Origin: Eledone cirrhosa
Lineage: Eukaryota
Length of the DNA stretch: 64,000 nucleotides
Assembly (NCBI GenBank): GCA_964016885.1
Contig: OZ024762.1
Location: 4,340,001-4,404,000, forward strand
Direction: 5' to 3'
The first letter of the stretch is position 1, and each line of letters starts with the position of its first letter. This document shows positions 1 through 14,870 of this stretch, one piece after another. The notes under the pieces were generated by a model that saw only the letters and a list, made by a program, of their open reading frames with translations, was not told the DNA's origin and searched no databases. A program made the position numbers and the translations under genes.

Positions 1-12
1 AATATACTGGGT

Positions 13-53
<41 letters not shown>

Positions 54-157
54 TACACACACACACATATATATGTATATAAATGACTGACAGAACACAC
101 ACGTGATTTTTCAATTTCTTCCTCTTCTCACACTCTAACTTTCTATTTATCATTCTA

Positions 158-193
158 TCTTCTGATGAAGGACTAGTGATTGAAACGTCGAGA
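158..193 (+). ncRNA. Minimal type I hammerhead ribozyme (family D), weak stem II
   Basis: tctt-CTGATGA-aggactagtgatt-GAAA-cg-TC-gaga; stem I tctt/gaga; homologous to copies at 22375, 27921 and ~34780 with shared downstream sequence (ctcttttcctgctat...taaactaatatattt). Confidence 0.6.
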
Positions 194-281
194 CTCTTTT
201 CCTGCTATATCAAGCATTAAACTAATATATTTTTCATTTTACTGTGAGGTTTGCTTTGTTTTTGTTTGTTTACTTTTGCAT

Positions 282-354
<73 letters not shown>

Positions 355-413
355 CAAGGCTCTGATACCATCAACACTATACACACAGAGCTGGCATATC
401 TAAGAACTGACTA

Positions 414-469
414 ACTGCCTGATGAGGTCATAGCCATTCAATGGCTATCATCGAAATATATATAGCAGT
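414..469 (+). ncRNA. Type I hammerhead ribozyme in a (TA)n-bounded insert (351-515)
   Basis: actgc-CTGATGA-ggtc atagccatt c aatggctat catc-GAAA-tatata-TA-gcagt; stem I actgc/gcagt, long stem II, palindromic stem III loop. Confidence 0.8.
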
Positions 470-510
470 AAATAAAGGATTATGAGTTCATGCAATTGAC
501 TTATGTTTCG

Positions 511-558
<48 letters not shown>

Positions 559-629
559 AAAGGGCAAAGGAACTCTTAAGAGTCAATGCCCATCCAAATT
601 TACCGGGAGAGATGACCCCTTAGCCTTTG

Positions 630-945
630 TCAAGGCAGAATTCTAGGAGAAGGAAAACTCTGATATAACACCTGCAACTCTGATGGTATCCAATGATGTT
701 GACTTGTTCTTCTTTTTGGTAAATATCATCTTGGTTAAGAGAGTGGGACTGGCTTTGTGCAGTGCCTTTGCTCACTATAAAAGCTTCACGGCACAGGCAT
801 TGCTTTATATCTGGAGATCTCTCTGCACTTGTCGTCACATGGTAGCATGGGCCCAGCACTATGTGTCAATAATTGTCACAGGTGTAGTGTTTGTACCAGA
901 GTTTTCAAGTCGCTGGCTGGACTAAAAAGTCACACTCGTTCAGTA
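630..945 (+). mobile_element. Probable non-LTR retrotransposon fragment with C2H2 zinc finger
   Basis: Translation [22 protein letters not shown] resembles the C-terminal CxxC...H finger of RTE-type ORF2; bounded by (TA)n. Confidence 0.45.
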
Positions 946-1003
946 GGGGTTCTCCTACATAGATATAAAGTAGTGGCCGTACTTGAAAACGAGTTGGCAG
1001 CCA

Positions 1004-2195
<1,192 letters not shown>

Positions 2196-2356
2196 TATTT
2201 ATTTTACTTTTTTTTTGCTTTTTGTTAGTTTATTCTTTTATTATTTATTGTATTATTTATCAGCTCATCTAATTATGGGAGAATGGGAGAACTTTAATTT
2301 AAAGAGCCACCTTCCTTTTATATATCATAATCTATAAAGCTCAGTGTGCCATAATC

Positions 2357-2762
2357 ACTACTTTAAAATGACAGCACAAAGGTCTTCAAAATGTTTTTAA
2401 TTAAACATACGGTATATTACCAAATATACTATACATACATTCATGTATACATCGCTATTTCAGAGCACCAATCCTAATTTCTAATTTTTGCTGGACCGGC
2501 AATCGCTCTGTATAATCAGCTCCTGATTATTACTGGAATTCTATAAAAAAAACCCGTCCTAATAATTTTCAGCAGAGGTCAGGGAGTACGTTGCTGTGAG
2601 GAACACCAACAGCGTGAAACAGAATCTGTCAGCTTCTCTCCCTTCCTTTGCCGAAAAAAGAAGTAAGTGACATAGTAACTACTTTAGAATGATAGCGCAA
2701 GGTCTTCAAAATGTTTTTAATTAAACATACGCTATATTACCAAATATACTATACATACATTC

Positions 2763-2769
<7 letters not shown>
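2357..2769 (+). repeat. Local direct duplication of ~92 bp (2357-2450 and 2678-2769)
   Basis: actacttta.aatga.agc.caa...ggtcttcaaaatgtttttaattaaacatac...tacatacattcatgtata occurs twice. Confidence 0.85.
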
Positions 2770-2797
<28 letters not shown>

Positions 2798-2936
2798 AAA
2801 AGTAAACAGAGATAAATACATTATATGTGATTTTACGGATCGATACGATGCATGATAACATATTACTTCTCGAACTGGCCGCTCACCGACTCAATAATAA
2901 CAGCTAAAACTGATTTAGAACAAACTTATTTCCAAC

Positions 2937-3439
2937 CGATATCCAAGGGAGGTCAAGCGATATCCAAGGGAGGTCAAGCGATATCCAAGGGAGATCAAGC
3001 GATATCCAAGGGAGGTCAAGCGATATCCAAGGGAGGTCAAGCGATATCCAAGGGAGGTCAAGCGATATCCAAGGGAGGTCAAGCGATATCCAAGGGAGAT
3101 CAAGCGATATCCAAGGGAGGTCAAGCGATATCCAAGGGAGATCAAGCGATATCCAAGGGAGATCAAGCGATATCCAAGGGAGGTCAAGCGATATCCAAGG
3201 GAGGTCAAGCGATATCCAAGGGAGATCAAGCGATATCCAAGGGAGGTTAAGCGATATCCAAGGGAGGTCAAGCGATATCCAAAGGAGGTCAAGCGATATC
3301 CAAGGGAGGTCAAGCGATATCCAAAGGAGGTCAAGCGATATCCAAGGGAGGTCAAGCGATATCCAAGGGAAGTCAAGCGATATCCAAGGGAGGTCAAGCG
3401 ATATCCAAAGGAGGTCAAGCGATATCCAAGGGAAGTCAA
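2937..3439. repeat. 21-bp minisatellite, ~24 copies
   Basis: Unit gcgatatccaagggaggtcaa with minor variants. Confidence 0.97.
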
Positions 3440-3844
3440 TAGATTTAACATTGAAACATTAAAACAATTGAAACTGACACGGACCACATGGTTTCAAGTC
3501 CGCCAGAAATATTAATTGTATTTAATATAGATTGCTAATTAACAGTTTATTATGTTGTAAGTTAAGACTGGCAAGAATCATCTCATCAGCGGATATATGT
3601 ATGTAAACAGTGGAAAGAGAACTCCTGTATACTTCCGGTGGCAAACATATCGCTAACTGTTGGTGATTGCGTGAGTGCTCGGGGAAGGCATCTATTGTAA
3701 TAAAACCGTAATGGTATGGTCCCGTGACTTCCGATAGAGTCGTAGGGACGCTGCATTGACATACGGCATTTCTTGTGCAGCAGGTTTGTTGTGAGAGAGA
3801 GAGAGAGAGGAAATGAGAAAGAGATGTAGAGGAAGAATCGACAC

Positions 3845-4205
3845 CAGTACAAGACTGGTACTTTTTTATCGATCTCGAAAAGATGAAAGGCAAAGTTGAC
3901 CTCGGGGGGATTTCAACCCAGATAGCCGGAATGAATACCACAAGGTATTCTATCTGACGCTCTATCGACTCCAAGACTGTAATAGGATAATCGATACTGC
4001 CGGGGTAGAAAGCAGGAAAATAAGGATTTCTGATTTAGGCACAAGGCCAACAATTTGGGGGCGGGGGAAGTCAATTAAATCGACCTCAGTGCGTTACTGG
4101 TACTTTATTTTATCGACCACGTAAGGATGAAAGGCGTAAAGGGCCGTAACTATAAGCCACAAAGCATGTTGCCCGACGCTCTACCGATGCTGCCAATCCA
4201 CCGTC
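3845..4205 (-). mobile_element. Two diverged tRNA-derived SINE copies (Nin/Deu-like core)
   Basis: ctggtact(t)tattttatcga...gatgaaaggc motifs at ~3857 and ~4097, followed by head remnants. Confidence 0.8.
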
Positions 4206-4235
4206 CTAGTGCGGGAAAATAATAAGATATGATCA

Positions 4236-4301
<66 letters not shown>

Positions 4302-4345
4302 TGTGTGTGTGTGTGTGTGGAATCATTCCGTCATTTATGCTAACA

Positions 4346-4434
4346 TAAGTCTGATGAGCTTTTGATTCCAGAGTCGGGCCCAATCGATAGAGATCGAACC
4401 TTGAGCTGATCAATCGCGAAACGCACGTCACACC
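4346..4434 (+). ncRNA. Hammerhead-like motif with long stem II, stem I degenerate
   Basis: CTGATGA (4351)-gc...ttgat...atcaa..gc-GAAA (4418)-cgcacg-TC; stem III acg/cgt; internal hairpin tcgat-agag-atcga; stem I only ~2 bp. Confidence 0.5.
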
Positions 4435-4618
4435 TGAGTAAACGTAATGAAAATTTGACACCTCGTGCCTACATATCATTATTAAACTCTGCTTAGTATA
4501 AGAGACTAAGCATCGAATACTCAGTTTGGTGAGCCAACTGTAACTTGACACTCGCGCACACACACACACACACACACACTCGCGCACACACACAACACAC
4601 ACAACACACACACATATG

Positions 4619-4680
<62 letters not shown>

Positions 4681-4758
4681 CAAGGTGTCCCTCCCCAAAA
4701 TGTATACACACTTTTATTAGTATGCTGTGGAAGTGTGCATACATTTTCTTGGGACACC

Positions 4759-4761
<3 letters not shown>
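4681..4761. mobile_element. Tiny Tc1/mariner-type MITE in (TA)n
   Basis: Imperfect TIRs caaggtgtccc....aaaatgtatacacactt / aagtgtgcatacattttcttgggacaccctg, TA-flanked; related copy at 61242. Confidence 0.7.
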
Positions 4762-4811
<50 letters not shown>

Positions 4812-4841
4812 CATATGTGTGTGTGTTGTGTGTGCGCGCGA

Positions 4842-4900
<59 letters not shown>

Positions 4901-4925
4901 CGCGCGTGTGTGTGTGCGAGTGCGC

Positions 4926-5034
<109 letters not shown>

Positions 5035-5449
5035 CGAGTGCGAGTGTGTGTGTGATTGTCTTTATCTGTTCTGACATACTAATTTACTCACAGAAAGTAA
5101 AGGCCACACACATAAAACTGAAGTGGTCGACGTTGGCGCGTGTTATTGTCATTTTAGTCAACAGAATGGGATTGGTCGTCTGCTTATTTAGGAGACATTA
5201 GTGTCAACTTTTATTCTACTACTGGGAACCATATTTGACAGGAAATGGTGTTCGCTTGTGTCAAATATATATTGTGTGTTGATTCTAGAGTTATATTGCG
5301 ATATTAATGACTCTTCCGTCACCAATCGTCTGGCATTGTGGGTAATTTTGTATAAGATTTATGTGTTGTTCACTAATGTTTTTCCTATGTTTTGTGCTGT
5401 AAGGTGTTTCGATTGTTACTTGTACTAATGCATGTTAAGCAGGTAAGAT

Positions 5450-8400
5450 GTCGTAATAGTATGACAAGGCAACAGTTGGAGTCGTAATAGTATGACAAGG
5501 CAACAGTTGGAGTCGTAATAGTATGACAAGGCAACAGTTGGAGTCGTAATAGTATGACAAGGCAACAGTTAGAGTCGTAATAGTATGACAAGGCAACAGT
5601 TGGAGTCGTAATAGTATGACAAGGCAACAGTTGGAGTCGTAATAGTATGACAAGGCAACAGTTGGAGTCGTAATAGTATGACAAGGCAACAGTTAGAGTC
5701 GTAACAGTATGACAAGGCAACAGTTAGAGTCGTAATAGTATGACAAGGCAACAGTTGGAGTCGTAATAGTATGACAAGGCAACAGTTAGAGTCGTAACAG
5801 TATGACAAGGCAACAGTTGGAGTCGTAATAGTATGACAAGGCAACAGTTGGAGTCGTAATAGTATGACAAGGCAACAGTTGGAGTCGTAATAGTATGACA
5901 GGGCAACAGTTGGAGTCGTAACAGTATGACAAGGCAACAGTTGGAGTCGTAATAGTATGACAGGGCAACAGTTGGAGTCGTAATAGTATGACAAGGCAAC
6001 AGTTGGAGTCGTAATAGTATGACAAGGCAACAGTTGGAGTCGTAATAGTATGACAAGGCAACAGTTGGAGTCGTAACAGTATGACAAGGCAACAGTTGGA
6101 GTCGTAATAGTATGACAAGGCAACAGTTGGAGTCGTAACAGTATGACAAGGCAACAGTTGGAGTCGTAATAGTATGACAGGGCAACAGTTGGAGTCGTAA
6201 TAGTATGACAAGGCAACAGTTGGAGTCGTAATAGTATGACAAGGCAACAGTTGGAGTCGTAACAGTATGACAAGGCAACAGTTGGAGTCGTAATAGTATG
6301 ACAAGGCAACAGTTGGAGTCGTAATAGTATGACAAGGCAACAGTTGGAGTCGTAACAGTATGACAAGGCAACAGTTGGAGTCGTAATAGTATGACAAGGC
6401 AACAGTTGGAGTCGTAATAGTATGACAAGGCAACAGTTGGAGTCGTAACAGTATGACAAGGCAACAGTTGGAGTCGTAACAGTATGACAAGGCAACAGTT
6501 GGAGTCGTAATAGTATGACAGGGCAACAGTTGGAGTCGTAACAGTATGACAAGGCAACAGTTGGAGTCGTAATAGTATGACAGGGCAACAGTTGGAGTCG
6601 TAATAGTATGACAAGGCAACAGTTGGAGTCGTAATAGTATGACAGGGCAACAGTTGGAGTCGTAATAGTATGACAGGGCAACAGTTGGAGTCGTAATAGT
6701 ATGACAAGGCAACAGTTGGAGTCGTAACAGTATGACAAGGCAACAGTTGGAGTCGTAATAGTATGACAGGGCAACAGTTGGAGTCGTAACAGTATGACAA
6801 GGCAACAGTTGGAGTCGTAATAGTATGACAGGGCAACAGTTGGAGTCGTAACAGTATGACAAGGCAACAGTTGGAGTCGTAACAGTATGACAAGGCAACA
6901 GTTGGAGTCGTAATAGTATGACAGGGCAACAGTTGGAGTCGTAATAGTATGACAAGGCAACAGTTGGAGTCGTAACAGTATGACAAGGCAACAGTTGGAG
7001 TCGTAATAGTATGACAGGGCAACAGTTGGAGTCGTAATAGTATGACAGGGCAACAGTTGGAGTCGTAATAGTATGACAAGGCAACAGTTGGAGTCGTAAT
7101 AGTATGACAAGGCAACAGTTGGAGTCGTAATAGTATGACAGGGCAACAGTTGGAGTCGTAACAGTATGACAAGGCAACAGTTGGAGTCGTAATAGTATGA
7201 CAGGGCAACAGTTGGAGTCGTAACAGTATGACAAGGCAACAGTTGGAGTCGTAATAGTATGACAAGGCAACAGTTGGAGTCGTAATAGTATGACAGGGCA
7301 ACAGTTGGAGTCGTAACAGTATGACAAGGCAACAGTTGGAGTCGTAATAGTATGACAGGGCAACAGTTGGAGTCGTAACAGTATGACAAGGCAACAGTTG
7401 GAGTCGTAATAGTATGACAGGGCAACAGTTGGAGTCGTAATAGTATGACAGGGCAACAGTTGGAGTCGTAATAGTATGACAAGGCAACAGTTGGAGTCGT
7501 AATAGTATGACAAGGCAACAGTTGGAGTCGTAATAGTATGACAAGGCAACAGTTGGAGTCGTAATAGTATGACAGGGCAACAGTTGGAGTCGTAACAGTA
7601 TGACAAGGCAACAGTTGGAGTCGTAATAGTATGACAGGGCAACAGTTGGAGTCGTAACAGTATGACAAGGCAACAGTTGGAGTCGTAATAGTATGACAGG
7701 GCAACAGTTGGAGTCGTAATAGTATGACAAGGCAACAGTTGGAGTCGTAATAGTATGACAGGGCAACAGTTGGAGTCGTAATAGTATGACAGGGCAACAG
7801 TTGGAGTCGTAATAGTATGACAAGGCAACAGTTGGAGTCGTAATAGTATGACAAGGCAACAGTTGGAGTCGTAATAGTATGACAAGGCAACAGTTGGAGT
7901 CGTAACAGTATGACAAGGCAACAGTTGGAGTCGTAATAGTATGACAGGGCAACAGTTGGAGTCGTAATAGTATGACAAGGCAACAGTTGGAGTCGTAACA
8001 GTATGACAAGGCAACAGTTGGAGTCGTAACAGTATGACAAGGCAACAGTTGGAGTCGTAATAGTATGACAAGGCAACAGTTGGAGTCGTAATAGTATGAC
8101 AAGGCAACAGTTGGAGTCGTAACAGTATGACAAGGCAACAGTTGGAGTCGTAATAGTATGACAAGGCAACAGTTGGAGTCGTAATAGTATGACAAGGCAA
8201 CAGTTGGAGTCGTAACAGTATGACAAGGCAACAGTTGGAGTCGTAATAGTATGACAAGGCAACAGTTGGAGTCGTAACAGTATGACAAGGCAACAGTTGG
8301 AGTCGTAATAGTATGACAAGGCAACAGTTGGAGTCGTAATAGTATGACAAGGCAACAGTTGGAGTCGTAACAGTATGACAAGGCAACAGTTGGAGTCGTA

Positions 8401-11400
8401 ATAGTATGACAAGGCAACAGTTGGAGTCGTAACAGTATGACAAGGCAACAGTTGGAGTCGTAATAGTATGACAAGGCAACAGTTGGAGTCGTAATAGTAT
8501 GACAAGGCAACAGTTGGAGTCGTAACAGTATGACAAGGCAACAGTTGGAGTCGTAATAGTATGACAAGGCAACAGTTGGAGTCGTAACAGTATGACAAGG
8601 CAACAGTTGGAGTCGTAATAGTATGACAAGGCAACAGTTGGAGTCGTAATAGTATGACAAGGCAACAGTTGGAGTCGTAACAGTATGACAAGGCAACAGT
8701 TGGAGTCGTAATAGTATGACAAGGCAACAGTTGGAGTCGTAACAGTATGACAAGGCAACAGTTGGAGTCGTAATAGTATGACAGGGCAACAGTTGGAGTC
8801 GTAATAGTATGACAAGGCAACAGTTGGAGTCGTAACAGTATGACAAGGCAACAGTTGGAGTCGTAATAGTATGACAAGGCAACAGTTGGAGTCGTAATAG
8901 TATGACAAGGCAACAGTTGGAGTCGTAATAGTATGACAAGGCAACAGTTGGAGTCGTAACAGTATGACAAGGCAACAGTTGGAGTCGTAATAGTATGACA
9001 AGGCAACAGTTGGAGTCGTAACAGTATGACAAGGCAACAGTTGGAGTCGTAATAGTATGACAGGGCAACAGTTGGAGTCGTAACAGTATGACAAGGCAAC
9101 AGTTGGAGTCGTAATAGTATGACAGGGCAACAGTTGGAGTCGTAATAGTATGACAGGGCAACAGTTGGAGTCGTAATAGTATGACAAGGCAACAGTTGGA
9201 GTCGTAATAGTATGACAGGGCAACAGTTGGAGTCGTAATAGTATGACAAGGCAACAGTTGGAGTCGTAATAGTATGACAAGGCAACAGTTGGAGTCGTAA
9301 TAGTATGACAGGGCAACAGTTGGAGTCGTAATAGTATGACAAGGCAACAGTTGGAGTCGTAATAGTATGACAGGGCAACAGTTGGAGTCGTAATAGTATG
9401 ACAAGGCAACAGTTGGAGTCGTAATAGTATGACAAGGCAACAGTTGGAGTCGTAATAGTATGACAAGGCAACAGTTGGAGTCGTAACAGTATGACAAGGC
9501 AACAGTTGGAGTCGTAATAGTATGACAAGGCAACAGTTGGAGTCGTAATAGTATGACAGGGCAACAGTTGGGAGGAGTCGTAATAGTATGACAAGGCAAC
9601 AGTTGGAGTCGTAATAGTATGACAAGGCAACAGTTGGAGTCGTAACAGTATGACAAGGCAACAGTTGGAGTCGTAACAGTATGACAAGGCAACAGTTGGA
9701 GTCGTAATAGTATGACAAGGCAACAGTTGGAGTCGTAATAGTATGACAAGGCAACAGTTGGAGTCGTAACAGTATGACAAGGCAACAGTTGGAGTCGTAA
9801 TAGTATGACAAGGCAACAGTTGGAGTCGTAATAGTATGACAGGGCAACAGTTGGAGTCGTAATAGTATGACAAGGCAACAGTTGGAGTCGTAACAGTATG
9901 ACAAGGCAACAGTTGGAGTCGTAATAGTATGACAGGGCAACAGTTGGAGTCGTAATAGTATGACAAGGCAACAGTTGGAGTCGTAATAGTATGACAGGGC
10001 AACAGTTGGAGTCGTAATAGTATGACAAGGCAACAGTTGGAGTCGTAATAGTATGACAAGGCAACAGTTGGAGTCGTAATAGTATGACAGGGCAACAGTT
10101 GGAGTCGTAATAGTATGGACAAGGCAACAGTTGGAGTCGTAACAGTATGACAAGGCAACAGTTGGAGTCGTAATAGTATGACAAGGCAACAGTTGGAGTC
10201 GTAATAGTATGACAGGGCAACAGTTGGAGTCGTAATAGTATGACAAGGCAACAGTTGGAGTCGTAACAGTATGACAAGGCAACAGTTGGAGTCGTAATAG
10301 TATGACAGGGCAACAGTTGGAGTCGTAACAGTATGACAAGGCAACAGTTGGAGTCGTAATAGTATGACAAGGCAACAGTTGGAGTCGTAATAGTATGACA
10401 AGGCAACAGTTGGAGTCGTAATAGTATGACAAGGCAACAGTTGGAGTCGTAATAGTATGACAGGGCAACAGTTGGAGTCGTAATAGTATGACAAGGCAAC
10501 AGTTGGAGTCGTAACAGTATGACAGGGCAACAGTTGGAGTCGTAATAGTATGACAGGGCAACAGTTGGAGTCGTAACAGTATGACAAGGCAACAGTTGGA
10601 GTCGTAACAGTATGACAAGGCAACAGTTGGAGTCGTAATAGTATGACAAGGCAACAGTTGGAGTCGTAACAGTATGACAGGGCAACAGTTGGAGTCGTAA
10701 TAGTATGACAAGGCAACAGTTGGAGTCGTAACAGTATGACAAGGCAACAGTTGGAGTCGTAATAGTATGACAAGGCAACAGTTGGAGTCGTAATAGTATG
10801 ACAAGGCAACAGTTGGAGTCGTAATAGTATGACAGGGCAACAGTTGGAGTCGTAATAGTATGACAAGGCAACAGTTGGAGTCGTAACAGTATGACAAGGC
10901 AACAGTTGGAGTCGTAATAGTATGACAAGGCAACAGTTGGAGTCGTAACAGTATGACAAGGCAACAGTTGGAGTCGTAATAGTATGACAAGGCAACAGTT
11001 GGAGTCGTAACAGTATGACAAGGCAACAGTTGGAGTCGTAACAGTATGACAAGGCAACAGTTGGAGTCGTAATAGTATGACAAGGCAACAGTTGGAGTCG
11101 TAATAGTATGACAAGGCAACAGTTGGAGTCGTAACAGTATGACAAGGCAACAGTTGGAGTCGTAATAGTATGACAAGGCAACAGTTGGAGTCGTAACAGT
11201 ATGACAAGGCAACAGTTGGAGTCGTAATAGTATGACAAGGCAACAGTTGGAGTCGTAATAGTATGACAAGGCAACAGTTGGAGTCGTAATAGTATGACAA
11301 GGCAACAGTTGGAGTCGTAATAGTATGACAAGGCAACAGTTGGAGTCGTAATAGTATGACAAGGCAACAGTTGGAGTCGTAATAGTATGACAAGGCAACA

Positions 11401-13521
11401 GTTGGAGTCGTAATAGTATGACAAGGCAACAGTTGGAGTCGTAATAGTATGACAAGGCAACAGTTGGAGTCGTAACAGTATGACAAGGCAACAGTTGGAG
11501 TCGTAATAGTATGACAAGGCAACAGTTGGAGTCGTAATAGTATGACAAGGCAACAGTTGGAGTCGTAATAGTATGACAAGGCAACAGTTGGAGTCGTAAC
11601 AGTATGACAAGGCAACAGTTGGAGTCGTAATAGTATGACAAGGCAACAGTTGGAGTCGTAATAGTATGACAAGGCAACAGTTGGAGTCGTAATAGTATGA
11701 CAAGGCAACAGTTGGAGTCGTAATAGTATGACAAGGCAACAGTTGGAGTCGTAATAGTATGACAAGGCAACAGTTGGAGTCGTAACAGTATGACAAGGCA
11801 ACAGTTGGAGTCGTAATAGTATGACAAGGCAACAGTTGGAGTCGTAACAGTATGACAAGGCAACAGTTGGAGTCGTAATAGTATGACAAGGCAACAGTTG
11901 GAGTCGTAATAGTATGACAAGGCAACAGTTGGAGTCGTAACAGTATGACAAGGCAACAGTTGGAGTCGTAATAGTATGACAAGGCAACAGTTGGAGTCGT
12001 AATAGTATGACAGGGCAACAGTTGGAGTCGTAATAGTATGACAAGGCAACAGTTGGAGTCGTAATAGTATGACAAGGCAACAGTTGGAGTCGTAATAGTA
12101 TGACAAGGCAACAGTTGGAGTCGTAACAGTATGACAAGGCAACAGTTGGAGTCGTAATAGTATGACAAGGCAACAGTTGGAGTCGTAATAGTATGACAAG
12201 GCAACAGTTGGAGTCGTAATAGTATGACAAGGCAACAGTTGGAGTCGTAATAGTATGACAAGGCAACAGTTGGAGTCGTAATAGTATGACAAGGCAACAG
12301 TTGGAGTCGTAACAGTATGACAAGGCAACAGTTGGAGTCGTAATAGTATGACAAGGCAACAGTTGGAGTCGTAACAGTATGACAAGGCAACAGTTGGAGT
12401 CGTAATAGTATGACAAGGCAACAGTTGGAGTCGTAACAGTATGACAAGGCAACAGTTGGAGTCGTAATAGTATGACAAGGCAACAGTTGGAGTCGTAATA
12501 GTATGACAAGGCAACAGTTGGAGTCGTAATAGTATGACAAGGCAACAGTTGGAGTCGTAATAGTATGACAAGGCAACAGTTGGAGTCGTAATAGTATGAC
12601 AGGGCAACAGTTGGAGTCGTAACAGTATGACAAGGCAACAGTTGGAGTCGTAATAGTATGACAAGGCAACAGTTGGAGTCGTAACAGTATGACAAGGCAA
12701 CAGTTGGAGTCGTAATAGTATGACAAGGCAACAGTTGGAGTCGTAATAGTATGACAAGGCAACAGTTGGAGTCGTAATAGTATGACAAGGCAACAGTTGG
12801 AGTCGTAATAGTATGACAAGGCAACAGTTGGAGTCGTAATAGTATGACAAGGCAACAGTTGGAGTCGTAATAGTATGACAAGGCAACAGTTGGAGTCGTA
12901 ATAGTATGACAAGGCAACAGTTGGAGTCGTAATAGTATGACAAGGCAACAGTTGGAGTCGTAATAGTATGACAAGGCAACAGTTGGAGTCGTAATAGTAT
13001 GACAAGGCAACAGTTGGAGTCGTAATAGTATGACAAGGCAACAGTTGGAGTCGTAACAGTATGACAAGGCAACAGTTGGAGTCGTAATAGTATGACAAGG
13101 CAACAGTTGGAGTCGTAACAGTATGACAAGGCAACAGTTGGAGTCGTAATAGTATGACAAGGCAACAGTTGGAGTCGTAATAGTATGACAAGGCAACAGT
13201 TGGAGTCGTAATAGTATGACAAGGCAACAGTTGGAGTCGTAATAGTATGACAAGGCAACAGTTGGAGTCGTAACAGTATGACAAGGCAACAGTTGGAGTC
13301 GTAATAGTATGACAAGGCAACAGTTGGAGTCGTAATAGTATGACAGGGCAACAGTTGGAGTCGTAATAGTATGACAGGGCAACAGTTGGAGTCGTAATAG
13401 TATGACAAGGCAACAGTTGGAGTCGTAATAGTATGACAGGGCAACAGTTGGAGTCGTAATAGTATGACAGGGCAACAGTTGGAGTCGTAATAGTATGACA
13501 AGGCAACAGTTGGAGTCGTAA
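5450..13521. repeat. 31-bp satellite array, ~260 copies
   Basis: Unit gtcgtaa(t/c)agtatgaca(a/g)ggcaacagttgga; highly homogeneous; isolated indels near 9571 and 10117. Confidence 0.99.
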
Positions 13522-13638
13522 ATCGAACAAGGTTCACGTTTGAAATAATTCTGCTGTCCACACAAACACTTTGTTTACATTTGTTTTGCATAAATCTTAA
13601 GAAAAAGAAATATGAAAAATACAAAAGTCCTTAATTAA

Positions 13639-14260
13639 ATGATTAGAGCTCAACATGGCTACTCCAGATGACTAGAGAGCTCAACATGGCTACTCCAGAT
13701 GACTAGAGAGCTCAACATGGCTACTCCAGATGACTACAGAGCTCAACATGGCTACTCCAGATGACTACAGAGCCCAACATCTCTACTCCAGATGACTACA
13801 TAGCTCAACATGGCTACTCCAGATGACTAAACAGCTCAACATCGCTACTCCAGATGACTAAACAGCTCAACACGGCTACTCTAGATGACTATAGAGCTCA
13901 ACATAGCTACTCCAGATGATTAGAGATCTCAACATCTCTACTCCAGATGATTAGAGATCTCAACACGGCTACTCTAGATGACTATAGAGCTCAACATAGC
14001 TACTCCAGATGACTATAGAGCTCAACATCTCTACTCCAGATGATTAGAGATCTCAACACGGCTACTCTAGATGACTATAGAGCTCAACATAGCTACTCCA
14101 GATGACTATAGAGCTCAACATTTCTACTCCAGATGACTAGAGATCTCAACACGGCTACTCTAGATGACTATAGAGCTCAACATAGCTACTCCAGATGACT
14201 ATAGAGCTCAACATTTCTACTCCAGATGACTAGAGAGCTCAACACCGCTCGCTACTCCAG
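13639..14260. repeat. Second 31-bp minisatellite, ~20 diverged copies
   Basis: Unit gactagagagctcaacatggctactccagat with variants. Confidence 0.95.
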
Positions 14261-14345
14261 GGATGTTAGCTCTGCCCCGGGGTAAATTTACTGAACATTT
14301 CCCTTCACCAAAATTATTGAACTTGTACCTAAATCAAAAATCATT

Positions 14346-14452
14346 AGGGCGTTGGATTGGCAGAATCGGTAGAGCGTCAGACACCAAGCTTTGCAGCATA
14401 GAGTTATGTCTCTTTACGTTCTGGGTTCAAATCCTGATAAGGTTAGCTTTTC
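14346..14452 (+). mobile_element. SINE 5' head fragment
   Basis: ggattggcagaatcggtagagcgtcagac...ctgggttcaaatcctg (A- and B-box-like), same family as 21560. Confidence 0.75.
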
Positions 14453-14454
14453 TT

Positions 14455-14509
<55 letters not shown>

Positions 14510-14870
14510 GGTGGTGGTGGTGGTAATAGTAGTAACAAGTAGCCAGTTTTGTATGTATGTATGTATGTATCTGTATGGATATAAGTGTATATGTATGTAT
14601 GCTTGTCAGAAACATAAGATTATCACGTGACATAGCAGTACATAGATCGATATCTCCACCAGTGATCGAACACCCCCCCCCCTACTGGGAAAACCAGTTT
14701 TTTCTCTCCAGGATATTGATGTTCAATCTATTAGTTTTTTTTTTTTACATTATCACGACACGAATTTCATGATCGACCTGAGCTTTCACATCATGTGTGT
14801 ATATACATGGTGTCATAAATATACTACATAATATATACACACACATATATATATATATATTTGTTTTATA

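Noticed and set aside
2852-3487. ISKGGQA repeat protein
   Set aside because: 21-bp minisatellite with an internal stop on + and no flanking gene structure.
5569-13624. Three ~2600-aa minus-strand ORFs
   Set aside because: All three frames give the same 31-aa repeat because the 31-bp unit lacks stops on that strand; frame-shifting indels are tolerated and there is no unique domain.
5450-14260. CRISPR-like array
   Set aside because: Units are contiguous with no unique spacers, there are no cas genes, and the context is eukaryotic.
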